Source: Candidatus Bathyarchaeota archaeon (lineage in GTDB: Archaea > Thermoproteota > Bathyarchaeia > 40CM-2-53-6). Taken from it: 64,000 bases of DNA. Shown here piece after piece: positions 38,975 to 49,959 of the stretch (positions are counted from its first letter, which is position 1; every line of letters starts with the position of its first letter). Position numbers and translations under genes: made by a program. The notes under the pieces were generated by a model. That model did not search any database and was not told where the DNA came from. It saw only the letters and a program-made list of their open reading frames with translations. The stretch lies in contig CAVPLU010000004.1 in assembly GCA_963706285.1 (NCBI GenBank), forward strand, positions 1-64,000. The letters run 5' to 3'.

Positions 38975-39813
38975 ATGCAAAAAAAAGTATTCACTTTCTT
39001 GCTTGTTGCATTGGCTTTCTCCGTTTTTGCCTCCAGCTCGGCCTCAGCAACAGCTCAGAGATCGGCACAGCAGGCTGAGATTGAGCTGTCGCTTGATCAC
39101 CAAGTCTTGCGCGATCAGATCATGGTGATCTCTGGTCGTCTAATCACATCGAGTAACTTCCCGATAGCATTAGCCAAGATCCGACTCCAATACTACAGAT
39201 TTGGTGAGACTGATCTTACCCGAGAGGTTGTTCTGATCACATCTAATCCGGTGGCCGGTTCGAGGATAGATTCAACACAACTTCTTTGCTGAGGGTTGGA
39301 ACGTGGGTCGTGAATGCGTCGTTTCCAAGTCAGTTCGGATACGAGAGTACGTCAACGCTTCAGACGTTTACTATTGTGGTGCAACCGGCTCTGTCACTGT
39401 ACCTTTCGAGTCACGAGATTGTGTTGGGCCAGTCGGTCGCGTTCAATGGACTGCTTTTCGCGTGCATACCCTGTATTCAAGATGAAGTAGTCGTGATTCT
39501 TAGTCGCCCAGACAACACATCGGTGTCAATTCCTTTGCGCTTGACGGCTATCGGTGGGCCTTACCCTGGAGGATACTACAATGGAACATTCACGCCGGAC
39601 GTTCCGGGGACGTGGCACGTTACAGCTTTTTGGAAAGGCAGCGAGGTGACTTTGCCCGCACACTCGCAAGTAGAGGAGCTTCACGTGGATTCGGCGGGAA
39701 CAAGGTTAGACGTGGGAATGTTACTCTTTGCCGCGATGGCAGCTGCGGCGCTTGGCGTTGTCGCACTCACGATAATACTGCGGCAAAGACGTTTGCGGAA
39801 GAACCTTGGTTGA
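38975..39813 (+). CDS. Secreted Ig-like protein with C-terminal TM anchor (frameshift ~39250)
   Basis: Signal peptide; FTPDVPGTWHVTAFWKG; terminal TM followed by a basic tail. Confidence 0.6.
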
Positions 39814-39814
39814 G

Positions 39815-39905
39815 TGGTGGGCCGGGAGAGATTTGAACTCTCGACCACCTGCGTTTCCTGGATATCTGTCAGGCAGGTATCCTAACCAGACTAGACGACC
39901 GGCCC
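39815..39905 (-). tRNA. tRNA-Val(GAC) with canonical 37/38 intron (13 nt, 39854-39866), CCA encoded
   Basis: GGGCCGG/CCGGCCC-ACCA; CCTGC-CTGACA|C-GCAGG; GAGAG-TTCAAAT-CTCTC. Confidence 0.95.
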
Positions 39906-39987
39906 ATGACTGCGGTGAATGGGGTTAGGAAACATAAAGATTCTTCGAGGATTGTGGGATGAGATTCCGGTGCGTTGTGCGTGTTCT

Positions 39988-40176
39988 TCACACGATTCTT
40001 ACTCGGTTGACGTTCTTGTTTTGCCAGGAGTAGCGTCGAATCTTGGCTGAGGCACCGAAACCGCATGCCGCACATTTCTTCTTCGTAATGTGGTATGAGT
40101 GACGGCCGCATCGTCGGCATCTGATGTGGGTCTTGGATCGGCTTCGTGGCCCAAAAGAGGGCGTGCCCTTTCCCAT
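39988..40176 (-). CDS. rpl37e: 50S ribosomal protein L37e
   Basis: MGKGTPSFG...[14 protein letters not shown]...CAACGFG. Confidence 0.97.
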   Translation of the reverse strand: MGKGTPSFGPRSRSKTHIRCRRCGRHSYHITKKKCAACGFGASAKIRRYSWQNKNVNRVRIV

Positions 40177-40273
40177 TTTCGTTCACCCGCATCAGCAAAA
40201 CAGAACGGGTATTTATGTCAACCTAGAAGAGCCCCGGTAGTCGGCACTTGCGGTGAATCTGAAGTGTATGCGC

Positions 40274-40507
40274 CTAGCGGCTCGGAGGCGGACTCACGAG
40301 TACCACGTTGTCGCCTCTCACGATGATTGTTCCAATCTTCCTTGCGTTGTCAGGGTTCGTGATGTCATCAGCGTCCTCGAGGACGAGGTTCATGTGCTGA
40401 TCGTAACTGTAGAGTTTTCCCCTCACAGTGCGGCTGCCCTTAAGTTCGACCAAGACGATCTTGCCTAAGCTTTCATCGAAAATCTTTGTGGCGACGTCGG
40501 AAGACAT
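40274..40507 (-). CDS. Sm-like archaeal protein (SmAP)
   Basis: YDQHMNLVL, IIVRGDNV; upstream of rpl37e. Confidence 0.95.
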   Translation of the reverse strand: MSSDVATKIFDESLGKIVLVELKGSRTVRGKLYSYDQHMNLVLEDADDITNPDNARKIGTIIVRGDNVVLVSPPPSR

Positions 40508-40649
40508 TTTTTCGTGTTCTCCGGTTGGGGTTGAAGTCTAAGCACCAACCCACACAATTTAAGGGTTAGGGTCTCAAATCAGCCTTCAACCAGAAAACTT
40601 TCTGCAATGCAGACTGGTTGCCCACGAATACGCCAGCAATTGGAGGAAG

Positions 40650-41138
40650 ATGACTTCGAAAAGGATAGCTCTCAAGTCCAGCGAGGCAAAGCGAGTGGTC
40701 CAGGAATTCGGCCAGAAGTTTCCAGTATTCGCGGCAGATCTTCACAGCAAGCAATTAGTCGAAGAGATAGATGTGGAGGACGGCAAATTGTACATTCTCG
40801 ACAACAAGCCCTTCGCGGTCTCCAAGGCAAGTGGACTGTTCCCAAGCCTAATGAATGACGACGTGTTGAAAACGCTTCCATCGATCACAGTCGACATGGG
40901 CGCGATCCCGCATATTTGTAATGGAGCCGATATCATGAGACCAGGAATAAGAGTGATCAACGGCGAATTCGAGAAGGGAGCCGTTCTACTAGTCAAAGAC
41001 ATCAAGTTCGGCAAGTCGATTGGAATCTGTATTGCAGAGGTTTCATCCGGATCTATGCAGACAATGGGAAAAGGAAAAGCTGCACAGAACGTGCACTATG
41101 TCGGCGACAGTTTTTGGCAGGCTATGAAGCCGGACTAG
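40650..41138 (+). CDS. PUA-domain RNA-binding protein (Tma20/MCT-1-like)
   Basis: VDMGAIPHICNGADIMRPGI, HYVGD. Confidence 0.9.
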   Translation: MTSKRIALKSSEAKRVVQEFGQKFPVFAADLHSKQLVEEIDVEDGKLYILDNKPFAVSKASGLFPSLMNDDVLKTLPSITVDMGAIPHICNGADIMRPGIRVINGEFEKGAVLLVKDIKFGKSIGICIAEVSSGSMQTMGKGKAAQNVHYVGDSFWQAMKPD

Positions 41139-41298
41139 TTCACTTTATGCCAAGTTCTAGTTGATTTGTCGATCCTATCTCGCGTCACATATACGTGAGG
41201 TTGCACACGTTCCTGATAGAAATGGCTGAGGTTCCCGAAGGTTTAAACTGACGCTCCCGACCGTTTTACCCGAGCCTGCAAGCTACCAGTGTCATCCT

Positions 41299-41625
41299 AT
41301 GAGCAAACAGGGAGCTAATGATGTCTCTGACTCACGGTATGTCAGAGCTATGCCGCTAAGTCAATTGAAGGATCTTGACTCTATTGAACGCGTGCTGTCT
41401 GCTGGCAACGTTTTGATAGTCAAGATCACCCCGATCGCGAAGAGGAGCGTTGAGGAGACAAAGGTCGCTATCAACCAGCTCACAGATTTCGCGAAACGTC
41501 AAGGCGGCGACATCGCTAGACTAGGAGAAGAACGGGTCGTGCTGACTCCGCCCGGAATTAGGATTTGGCGAGAAAAAAGTCAACCAGCAAGCCCATCGTC
41601 AACTCCCGAAGGGCACGGGAGCTAA
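41299..41625 (+). CDS. sepF: Archaeal SepF-like (DUF552) cell division protein
   Basis: GNVLIVKITP...GGDIARLGEERVVLTP. Confidence 0.8.
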   Translation: MSKQGANDVSDSRYVRAMPLSQLKDLDSIERVLSAGNVLIVKITPIAKRSVEETKVAINQLTDFAKRQGGDIARLGEERVVLTPPGIRIWREKSQPASPSSTPEGHGS

Positions 41626-41658
41626 CGGGCTAGTCAGTAATTCCCTATCGCGTGTAGT

Positions 41659-43587
41659 TTACTTTAGCCTGATCGTCTCAAGCAGATCAGGCGCGATCGT
41701 TCTAACCTTAAACAGTCGCGATGCAGCATGCGCGAGACTGTCCACCTTATGCCGCTCGCCATGGCCTACAATGATCTTGGAAGGCTTCGGCGAGATCCTG
41801 CGGAGAAATCCCAGCAGTTGGTTCCGATCTGAGTGACCTGAAAATCCTTCGACACTTTCGATTCGCAGTTCAACCTTGATCGCTTCGATCTTTCCGTTCC
41901 GCCCCATCATCGAGACCTCCTTGACTCCGTTTTTGAGTCGATTTCCCAAAGTCCCTTCGATCTGATAGCTGACGAAGAGTAGAAGATTCTTCGGATCCGG
42001 TGCAAGTTGCTTAAAGTAATCGATGGCCGGTCCCCCTTCCAACATGCCAGATGTTGCCATAATTATTGCCGGCTGGCCCGCAACTATCTGTTCCCGATCG
42101 CCTGGGTGATTGACGACCGTGAAGTAGTCTGACTGGAACGGGTTGATGTCCTTGTGTAGCATCTGATCTCGAAGTTCTCTCACTAAGTATTCGGGGAAAG
42201 CTGTGTGAATTGCGGTAGCTTCGGAAATCATGCCCTCCAAGTAGATTGGCATCTCCTTGATGGTTCCGTTCTTCATGTGGCTGTTGAGAACAAGCATAAT
42301 CTCTTGGGATCGTCCGACGGCTGGAACAGGAATCAACACCTTGCCGCCTTTCTCGACTGTCTCGTTCACGACGGTTGCCAGCCGTGCTTCTACATTCGTC
42401 CTTTCAGGCATAACGTCCTCCTGTCCACCATAGGTGCTCTCGGTAACGAGCGTTTCCGCTCGTGGAAACACGCATGATGCAGGTTCAAGCAGCATGGTGC
42501 GACCGAATTTGAAGTCGCCAGTATAGACAATGTTATGGTAGCCTTCACCAATGTGGAGATGGATCATTGAGGAGCCAAGTATGTGGCCTGCGTTATGGAG
42601 CGTCAATTTGATGTCAGGCGCGATATCGGTCACGACACCATACTTGAGCGGGATTGTGTGCATTACTGTCTCGCGGACATCTTTCTGATCGTACGGTGCG
42701 TGAACACCTTCCCTGTTGTACACGTCCAAGAAATCTAGTTGTAGTAGCGTCATGAGGATTCCTGTGGGCTCCGAGCAGTAGACAGGGCCATCGTACCCGT
42801 ACTTGTAGAGGAACGGAACGAAACCGCAGTGGTCCAGATGTGCGTGTGAGATTACAACGGCGTCCAGTCTGTCAATGTCAAATTCGTCTGCGTCGATCTT
42901 AGGAAATGCGTGCGATGGGTCATTTGAGCCAGGGTTTATGCCCAGATCCAAGAGGACGTTGCTCTCGCTAGTCTGAACGAGTAGAGCGGACCTCCCTACT
43001 TCATGAAACGCTCCGAGAGGAGTGACGAATACGCCATCTCTAGTTCCTATTCTAGGTCTGAATATGCGTTCTCCCACGTCCCGGAGTATGCGATTTCTAG
43101 CCTCACTCTCTGAGTGAAGAATGTGCCTGGTGCTGGTAACAATCTTCGACGGCATCGGCGGCGCACGTAATACTCTCGGTCGCCAACTAGTGCTCTTGAT
43201 AACCTCTTGAAGCGTCGAGCCGTCTTTGCCGATTGCAAGTCCAGGCTTCTTCGCTTCTATAGTCACCTCTCCGAGCGACGGATCAAAGTTGATGTTCGTG
43301 ATCTCTGCTTCTTGCGGAATCGTGGATTTTATCAGTTTCTCAGCTTCGGCCTCGGTTGCTCTGATTGAAGGGTCGGATCGTATTACGACGCGTTTGTGAA
43401 GCATGTTGACAATGTCTGTCACCACATAGCTCTGTTCTAGAAGAAGAACAACGTTCTTCACGTAGATTGCTAGGCGAGGTCCTTCGAACTCGATTCTAGT
43501 GATTTCGGCTTCTTTTGGCATGTTGGTTATGATGGTCTCGCGTATTCGTGCTTGAGAATCATCGATGGGCCTAGCCATTGCATGCAC
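41659..43587 (-). CDS. fttA: beta-CASP ribonuclease aCPSF1 / FttA
   Basis: KH domains (EFEGP, KKPGLAIGKDG), SHAHLDH, AGHILGS, GFSGHSD. Confidence 0.96.
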   Translation of the reverse strand: MHAMARPIDDSQARIRETIITNMPKEAEITRIEFEGPRLAIYVKNVVLLLEQSYVVTDIVNMLHKRVVIRSDPSIRATEAEAEKLIKSTIPQEAEITNINFDPSLGEVTIEAKKPGLAIGKDGSTLQEVIKSTSWRPRVLRAPPMPSKIVTSTRHILHSESEARNRILRDVGERIFRPRIGTRDGVFVTPLGAFHEVGRSALLVQTSESNVLLDLGINPGSNDPSHAFPKIDADEFDIDRLDAVVISHAHLDHCGFVPFLYKYGYDGPVYCSEPTGILMTLLQLDFLDVYNREGVHAPYDQKDVRETVMHTIPLKYGVVTDIAPDIKLTLHNAGHILGSSMIHLHIGEGYHNIVYTGDFKFGRTMLLEPASCVFPRAETLVTESTYGGQEDVMPERTNVEARLATVVNETVEKGGKVLIPVPAVGRSQEIMLVLNSHMKNGTIKEMPIYLEGMISEATAIHTAFPEYLVRELRDQMLHKDINPFQSDYFTVVNHPGDREQIVAGQPAIIMATSGMLEGGPAIDYFKQLAPDPKNLLLFVSYQIEGTLGNRLKNGVKEVSMMGRNGKIEAIKVELRIESVEGFSGHSDRNQLLGFLRRISPKPSKIIVGHGERHKVDSLAHAASRLFKVRTIAPDLLETIRLK

Positions 43588-43618
43588 CTTGAATGATAGG
43601 GAAGGACTGTGATCTTGC

Positions 43619-44278
43619 CTAACTTAGGCTAGAAAGGATCCTCTTCTTCTCGTCCTCACTCAATTCCTCGTATCCTTTGCCTGTAATCAGCGCGACGTCG
43701 AAGCTGTCTCCGCTCGCTGAGTCTCTCTTCATGGCGGAGTTCACGGCTTTCACAACAACCGGAATGGCATCTTTCACGCTCATGCCTTCCTTGAAGTCAT
43801 TCTCAAGGACACCGTACGCGACGGGTGACCCGGAGCCGGTTGAGACGCATTTCTCTTCCATCACACTGCCAAGTGGGTCGAGGGCGAATATGTGAGGTCC
43901 AGAACTGTCAACGCCTCCAAGCAGGGCTTGGAGGATGAGTGGGTAGTACCTGTTAGCGAAAAGCAGATTCGATGTTAGGCTGGCAGCGGCCTTCACAGGC
44001 ATAACGGTGTCTTTCTCGTACTTGTACAGTTTTGCGTTGGCCCTAACGATCTCTACAACGTTTTGGGCGTCAGCTACGCCACCAGCTATTGTCATGGCAA
44101 GGTGGTCATCAAGCTGGTATACTTTCTTGGCATGTTTATGGGCGACGAAGTAACCCATTGTAGCACGTGTGTCTGTGCCTAGGACAACTCCGTCACGACA
44201 GACTAGACCTACGGTGGTTGTTCCCTTTAGCACATACTTCGATATCTTTTCTGCGGGTGGATTGTACATCTTGTTCAC
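43619..44278 (-). CDS. psmB: Proteasome beta subunit (active type)
   Basis: LKG-TTTVG, DTRATMG, TGSGS, RDSASG. Confidence 0.96.
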   Translation of the reverse strand: MNKMYNPPAEKISKYVLKGTTTVGLVCRDGVVLGTDTRATMGYFVAHKHAKKVYQLDDHLAMTIAGGVADAQNVVEIVRANAKLYKYEKDTVMPVKAAASLTSNLLFANRYYPLILQALLGGVDSSGPHIFALDPLGSVMEEKCVSTGSGSPVAYGVLENDFKEGMSVKDAIPVVVKAVNSAMKRDSASGDSFDVALITGKGYEELSEDEKKRILSSLS

Positions 44279-44390
44279 TTACTCTCTCGGAACAGTCCGG
44301 GAAGACTTGAGAACCGCGCTTGAAAGAACGCGCGGAGCTATGACCTGTTGAAGAGCTTAAAAATGTTTCCCGAGTGCGGGCGATAGCATT

Positions 44391-45168
44391 TCACGCTTTA
44401 TTCTTATCGGCTTCCTCTGGGGGCTTTGTCTCCTCGATCTTGGGAGGCGTCGGTTTCTTGTAAGCCTCAAGGAATGAGATCTTGGACAACTCTGGGAAAA
44501 ACTTCTCGATATCCGCTGACATTGCCTTCTTCGCCAGCTGCAGATCTTCGAGGAAGAATGCTTCTTCGGGCACTTCTATTGTGAGTTCGTTTGGGCTCAA
44601 TTGCAGTCCGAACTTCGTTTGATCAACTGCAGGTAGGCGTTTGTGTACGAGATTTCGTATCTTGTCCTCTGACTTCTCAACTATGCTTTGAACTGACACT
44701 TCGTAGACTAGGGTCCGCCCTGCCAGTGGGTGATTGTAATCCACTTGCACCCTACCGGCGCCGACTGTACGAATCTGTCCGACTTTTCCGTCTAGCGTCA
44801 CTTGGATGCCGGGTACTGGTGCTATTCCTTCGTTTCTGAATCTCCTCAATGGGACGAGTCTGACTTTGGATGCGTCCCTTGCCCCGTATCCCTTCTCGGG
44901 AGGAACCTCAATAGTAGAGGATTGGCCCGTGTCGAGTCCTACTAGCCCTTCGTCGAAACCTTGTGTCACCCAACGCTCGCCCACAACGACGAGGAGCGGT
45001 TCGTATCTGTGCACGTCAGTCTCCTCAGCTCCTTCGTGCTCGTGGTGCTCATGGTGACATTCCCTTTTCCTTCGCAACGGATTCTATTGTCGTGTCCACT
45101 ACGTCGCCGCTCTCTTTCACTTTCAACGTGTAGTTGGCTAGTACGAAATCGCCATTCTTGATCGGCAT
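44391..45168 (-). CDS. slyD: Long-type FKBP peptidyl-prolyl isomerase (SlyD-like; frameshift ~45057)
   Basis: ATG 45168 MPIKNGDFVLANYT...DTT; VPPEKGYG.RD; VDYNHPLAG. Confidence 0.9.
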
Positions 45169-45267
45169 TGTGTGTACCCCAGCGATCCCAACATTTGTCG
45201 GGTCTGATTTAACTCTTTGAGAGAATGCCCTTGCGAGGAGTATGGCATCTGGCTTGCTGTTATGCTG

Positions 45268-46446
45268 TCAATTCTGTCTTGCGAAAACGTCACGTGCCGC
45301 TTTTGAGCCAGCGCCGTATTCAAACTTGAGGCCTAGGTCCGCGAGTGTTGATTCGAGTGCCCCGATTGTGCTCAATATTTCAAATTGAGAAATCATTCCC
45401 ATTACTCCAATTCTGAACATGGCCCCTTTGAACTTGCCCATGCCCCCGGCAACTACGACATGATATCGTTCTCTGAGTAGTTCTCTGAACTTCTTGTCAT
45501 CTAGCTGTTGCTGATATTTGGCTGCAATCACGGTCTGCGACCTAAATTCTACGCGTGGAAAGATCTCGAAACCCAGTGCTTCGAGGCCAGCGTAGAGAGA
45601 TCTTGCACATAGATTGTGGCGGCTGTAGCGGGCCTGCAATCCTTCCTCTTTTATCATTAGGAGGGCTTCGTCAAGCGCGTAGAACAATGTCACGGCGGGA
45701 GTGTAAGGCGTCTCGTAGTTTGCGAGGAACTTCTTTTGGTCAAGAAGGTCGAAGTAACAGGACCTTCGGGCGGTCTCCACGACCTTCCAAGCTCTCTCGC
45801 TCACTGACAGGATAACGAGGCCCGGCGGAGTCATGAGACATTTCTGGCTTCCGGCCACGCAAATGTCCACACCCCATTCGTCGACTGGCAGAGCGTCTCC
45901 GCCTAGTATTGAGATTGCATCCACAACGAATAGCGCGCCGTGATCGTGGCAGATCTTGCCAATCTCCCTGAGTTTTCTCGTGGTCGCTCCTGTGGAGGTT
46001 TCATTGTAGACCACTGCGAATGCTTTGATATCCTTCTCCTTCCTGAACAAGTCATCTACCTGGGCTGGAGTGATCGCGCTACCCCAATCGATCGGTATGT
46101 CAACAGCTTTCCCGCCGAATGTGGTCACTGCGTTTCTAAGTCTCTCGCTGAAGACGCCGTTGATCGGAACTGCAATCTTATCGCCATTGGTCAGAATGTT
46201 CCTGATTGCGCACTCAACTCCCCCGGTTCCAGAGGCGGTCAGGACGAAAACGTCGTTCTTCGTTTCGAAGACGAACTTCAGGTTGTCAAGCATCCTGCGG
46301 TAAAGGTCACGGAACTCCTCACCTCTGTGGTTGATCACGGGTTTGGTCATTGCACGCGTTACGCGGGATGGAACATTGGTCGGTCCAGGCAACATCAAAA
46401 GTTGTGAATTCTCCAATTCCAGAATCCTCTGTGCCTCGCTGTGCAA
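45268..46446 (-). CDS. Class V PLP aminotransferase (serine-pyruvate/alanine-glyoxylate type)
   Basis: MLPGPT, SGTGGVE, NETSTG, VDAIS, GSQKCL. Confidence 0.93.
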   Translation of the reverse strand: MHSEAQRILELENSQLLMLPGPTNVPSRVTRAMTKPVINHRGEEFRDLYRRMLDNLKFVFETKNDVFVLTASGTGGVECAIRNILTNGDKIAVPINGVFSERLRNAVTTFGGKAVDIPIDWGSAITPAQVDDLFRKEKDIKAFAVVYNETSTGATTRKLREIGKICHDHGALFVVDAISILGGDALPVDEWGVDICVAGSQKCLMTPPGLVILSVSERAWKVVETARRSCYFDLLDQKKFLANYETPYTPAVTLFYALDEALLMIKEEGLQARYSRHNLCARSLYAGLEALGFEIFPRVEFRSQTVIAAKYQQQLDDKKFRELLRERYHVVVAGGMGKFKGAMFRIGVMGMISQFEILSTIGALESTLADLGLKFEYGAGSKAARDVFARQN

Positions 46447-46557
46447 CGGAGAGGCAAAGGTGCTTGAAAACTCTTTGCAGCCTGCAGGCCAGGCGTTAAT
46501 GTCGTGTGACGTGCGGCTTGGAAACGTTTTCTAGCTCGAAGACTCACCTGTTCATGC

Positions 46558-47367
46558 ATGCCGATTGTCACGTTGCTTTCGGATTTTGGAAATCGAGATC
46601 AGTACGTCTCTGAGATGAAAGGAACAATACTGAGCCTCTGTCCGTCGACGACTGTGGTGGACATTAGCCATGAGATAGAGAAGTTCAACATTCGATTGGG
46701 CGCTTTCGTCCTCGCTGCTGCCTCAACCTATTTTCCCGCAGGCACCATTCACGTCGCAGTGATAGATCCGGGAGTTGGGGGACAGAGACGAAATCTCTTG
46801 ATAGAAACCGAAAGAGCCGTTTACATAGGGCCTGACAACGGAACGCTTCTCCCCGCAGCCCTCAGAGACGGGATCAAAGAGACATACTCGATTGAGAACC
46901 GGCAATTCATGAGAAGCCCCGTTTCATCCACATTCCACGGGAGAGATGTATTTGCATACGCAGCAGGCAGGGTGGCCTGCGGCGCTAAACCGTCCGAAGT
47001 TGGACCAAAGGTCTCTGATCCGGTTTCATTTACTCGCATGACGGCAGATGTAGCTCACGATACGATCAACTGTGAAGTGCTAGGAGTCGACTCATTTGGG
47101 AACATAGTGACTACTGCGAGCGGGAAAGATCTGAGCGCCATCGGGCTACAGGTTGGGGCCAATGTCGTGATGAGGGCGAAACGGCGAGGACATAACTTGA
47201 TCGTGGGCAAGACCTACTCTGACACACCAGAGGGCAAGCCCCTTCTGCTGGTCGGAAGCCATGACTTTCTTGAGGTAGCGATCAACAAGGCAAATGCGGC
47301 AAGAAGATTTCGTCTGAAGGCGGGTGATCGGCTCATTTTCCGGCGGCGTTCGGGTTATCGCTCATAG
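46558..47367 (+). CDS. SAM hydroxide adenosyltransferase / chlorinase-like (DUF62)
   Basis: LLSDFG, VIDPGVG, GPDNG, STFHGRDVF, DSFGN. Confidence 0.93.
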   Translation: MPIVTLLSDFGNRDQYVSEMKGTILSLCPSTTVVDISHEIEKFNIRLGAFVLAAASTYFPAGTIHVAVIDPGVGGQRRNLLIETERAVYIGPDNGTLLPAALRDGIKETYSIENRQFMRSPVSSTFHGRDVFAYAAGRVACGAKPSEVGPKVSDPVSFTRMTADVAHDTINCEVLGVDSFGNIVTTASGKDLSAIGLQVGANVVMRAKRRGHNLIVGKTYSDTPEGKPLLLVGSHDFLEVAINKANAARRFRLKAGDRLIFRRRSGYRS

Positions 47368-47881
47368 CAAGTTCTCTGATTCTTTCGATTCCGTGGAATT
47401 TCACGAGTAGTTCTGCAACGCTCTTCGGAACGAGGGACTCCCAGTTCTTGCCTTTGAGGATCCTCTTTCGGATTTCCGTTGCTGAGTAGTCATCGCGCTG
47501 GAGCAAGTGAATTGGTTCGACTAGGTACCCACGTTCCTTGAAGAGACGTGATGTAAGCGGCTCATTTGTGAATACAATATCGAACATGGGAATCTGAGAT
47601 ACGATGAACGGAACCCAGGTCGCATGGATATGCACATCCCTGATGGGGATGACGAGATACCTGCTTGGGTCCATGTTAGCCTCTTTCAGTGCGGCTCGGA
47701 TCATTTCGACACGCTCTCCCGCGGTGAATGGGTTCTTGTCAGAATGGCTGTACTCACCGCTTCCGACGACTATGATCAGTTCTTCCACCCGTTCAAGCGT
47801 GGCTTTTATCGCGTCCAAGTGCCCAAGATGGAACGGTTGAAACCTTCCCACAAACAACCCGCGATTGAATCTGCCTGTCAC
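47333..47881 (-). CDS. nadM: Nicotinamide-nucleotide adenylyltransferase
   Basis: GRFQPFHLGH, NPFTAGER, SATEIR. Confidence 0.95.
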   Translation of the reverse strand: MTGRFNRGLFVGRFQPFHLGHLDAIKATLERVEELIIVVGSGEYSHSDKNPFTAGERVEMIRAALKEANMDPSRYLVIPIRDVHIHATWVPFIVSQIPMFDIVFTNEPLTSRLFKERGYLVEPIHLLQRDDYSATEIRKRILKGKNWESLVPKSVAELLVKFHGIERIRELAMSDNPNAAGK

Positions 47882-47892
47882 ATCATCTCAAC

Positions 47893-48457
47893 TCAGGATG
47901 GAGCCCACACACAACTCTTCGAAATCTTCTCTCCCTCAAATCGCACACCCTCATGCACAAGCAGCGCTCGTTTCGTGCGACTCGGACCATTTCTCTCCGA
48001 ACCATAGCTTCCAATTTGGAGCGTCGATAGGACTACTCTATGACATGGTATCGCTAGGGGAAGCGGATTTCTCGCCATCGCATTTCCAACTGCTCTGGCA
48101 GCTCTCCTATAGCCCACTAGCTTTGCCAATCCTCCGTATGTGATCACTTTCCCTTTGGGAATTCCCATCGTCATCTTGTAGACGCTTCTCAAGAACTCCG
48201 ATGGCGTCCTAAGGGCGATGCTTGGGCGATGGTTGATGTCTTTGCCTGCATGTATTCGGCTTAAGCATTTCAATGACCTCAGATTCGCATTGTGAGCGCA
48301 CCAAGTCACGTCTTAGGCCTTTGGGTAGAGACCGGATCGCGGATTCCTCGGCAGATTTCTTGCTGTTAGAGAAGCTGCAGGCCAAAAGCCCCTTGTCCTT
48401 GGAAGAGGTCACTGTAGCGTACCAGATGTTGCCTCGCCTTGCCGAGCCAAGAATCAA
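47893..48457 (-). CDS. ogt: O6-methylguanine-DNA methyltransferase (frameshift ~48262)
   Basis: RAVGNAMARNP, IPCHRVV. Confidence 0.9.
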
Positions 48458-48538
48458 GGTTCGGAACTCCCGAACTGGCCGGAGATGCTCCTAAGGGTAA
48501 ATAAACTAGAGTCATTCAGCTCCGACAGGAAAGTTACG

Positions 48539-49600
48539 ATGATCGAGATAGACGGCAGCCTCGGCGAAGGAGGAGGGCAAGTCCTCAGAACCACGGTCGC
48601 GCTATCCGCTCTCCTTGGAAGAGATGTCTACGTTAGAGACATACGAGCTAAGCGACCGAATCCTGGCCTCCAAGCACAACACGTGACCGCGATCAAAGCA
48701 GTTGCGGCGCTCTCGAGCGCTGACACAACAGGTCTTCAGATCGGATCCACTGACCTGCACTTCACGCCAGGAAAGAAGATGTCCGGGTCCTTCAAGTTCG
48801 ATGTCGGCACTGCAGGCAGTATTCCACTGGTACTTCAGGCCTTGATGCCTGCAGCAGCCTTCTCGTCAGGCGAAACGGAGTTTGAGATTACTGGTGGAAC
48901 AGATGTGAAATGGAGCCCAACAATTGACTACGTCCGCTTCGTCGTGCTTCCGAATCTGTCGAAGATCGGGTATCATGCAGAATTGAGACTAATCCGGCGA
49001 GGACACTACCCGAAGGGGGGAGGAAGAGTGTCGATGACAATCCAAGCCTGTAGCGGATTGAAGTGTCTGCATCTGACTGAACGATCAGAAATCAAAGGAG
49101 TCCGCGGAATTAGCCACTGTGTAAAGCTTCCTGCGCACGTAGCGCAGAGACAGGTCACTGCCGCAAAAGAAGTCTTGAATGAGATCGATCAACTGAATGT
49201 CTCCGTGAACGTGGAAACATATCCCATGGGTACTGATCCCCATATTGCGCCGGGAAGCGGAATAGTCCTATACACGGACAGCGAACCCAGCGGGGCCGTC
49301 GGAGCCGATAGCGTGGGAGAACGAGGAAAACCCGCGGAAGAAGTAGGTCGCCACGCGGCAACACAACTTGCACAAGAGATCCAGAGTGGTGCTCCCGTCG
49401 ACAGGCACATGTCCGACATCCTCATCCCATACTTGGCCGTGGCTGAGGGCGATTCCGAGTTTCGCACGTCACTGATCACCATGCACACCCTCACAAATGC
49501 AAGAATAGCTGAGCTTGTCTCCGGCGCGAAGATCAAGGTAGACGGTGAACTCGGAAGTTCCGGAATCGTAAGAGTGGAAGGAGTCGGTCTCAAACCCTAA
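48539..49600 (+). CDS. rtcA: RNA 3'-terminal phosphate cyclase
   Basis: IDGSLGEGGGQVLR, PGLQAQH, GGTDV, RGHYPKGGG, VDRHMSD. Confidence 0.96.
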   Translation: MIEIDGSLGEGGGQVLRTTVALSALLGRDVYVRDIRAKRPNPGLQAQHVTAIKAVAALSSADTTGLQIGSTDLHFTPGKKMSGSFKFDVGTAGSIPLVLQALMPAAAFSSGETEFEITGGTDVKWSPTIDYVRFVVLPNLSKIGYHAELRLIRRGHYPKGGGRVSMTIQACSGLKCLHLTERSEIKGVRGISHCVKLPAHVAQRQVTAAKEVLNEIDQLNVSVNVETYPMGTDPHIAPGSGIVLYTDSEPSGAVGADSVGERGKPAEEVGRHAATQLAQEIQSGAPVDRHMSDILIPYLAVAEGDSEFRTSLITMHTLTNARIAELVSGAKIKVDGELGSSGIVRVEGVGLKP

Positions 49601-49866
49601 TCGGTCTTGCGAGTCCTCGATATCCAGATCGCTTGACCAGTCTTTGCATTGACGATTTTCTTGACACGATGAAAAGGGATCAGCGTCTCCTCAGATTCAG
49701 AACTAGCGTACGTGAACCATGAGGGACCGACCTTTGTGATGACGGAGGCGTTGATCTCACGCGTATCTTCAGGTGCTCCACGGTGAATGAAGTAGATTAG
49801 ATAGTTCCCAGCCCGTTCTCTTGTGTCCCAAGTTATTTTCTTGAAGACGTTTCTCAGAGGATGCAT
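49597..49866 (-). CDS. MJ1316/DUF504 RNA-repair-associated protein
   Basis: KITWD, HRGAP, IPFHRV...IW. Confidence 0.85.
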   Translation of the reverse strand: MHPLRNVFKKITWDTRERAGNYLIYFIHRGAPEDTREINASVITKVGPSWFTYASSESEETLIPFHRVKKIVNAKTGQAIWISRTRKTD

Positions 49867-49959
49867 GACAGGTCAGCCGAGAAGAATGAGAAAGTCAACA
49901 TCAACCTTAATAGAGTCGCCATTTCATGCGGATTCTGCGACTGGTTTCTGGTGACTTGA

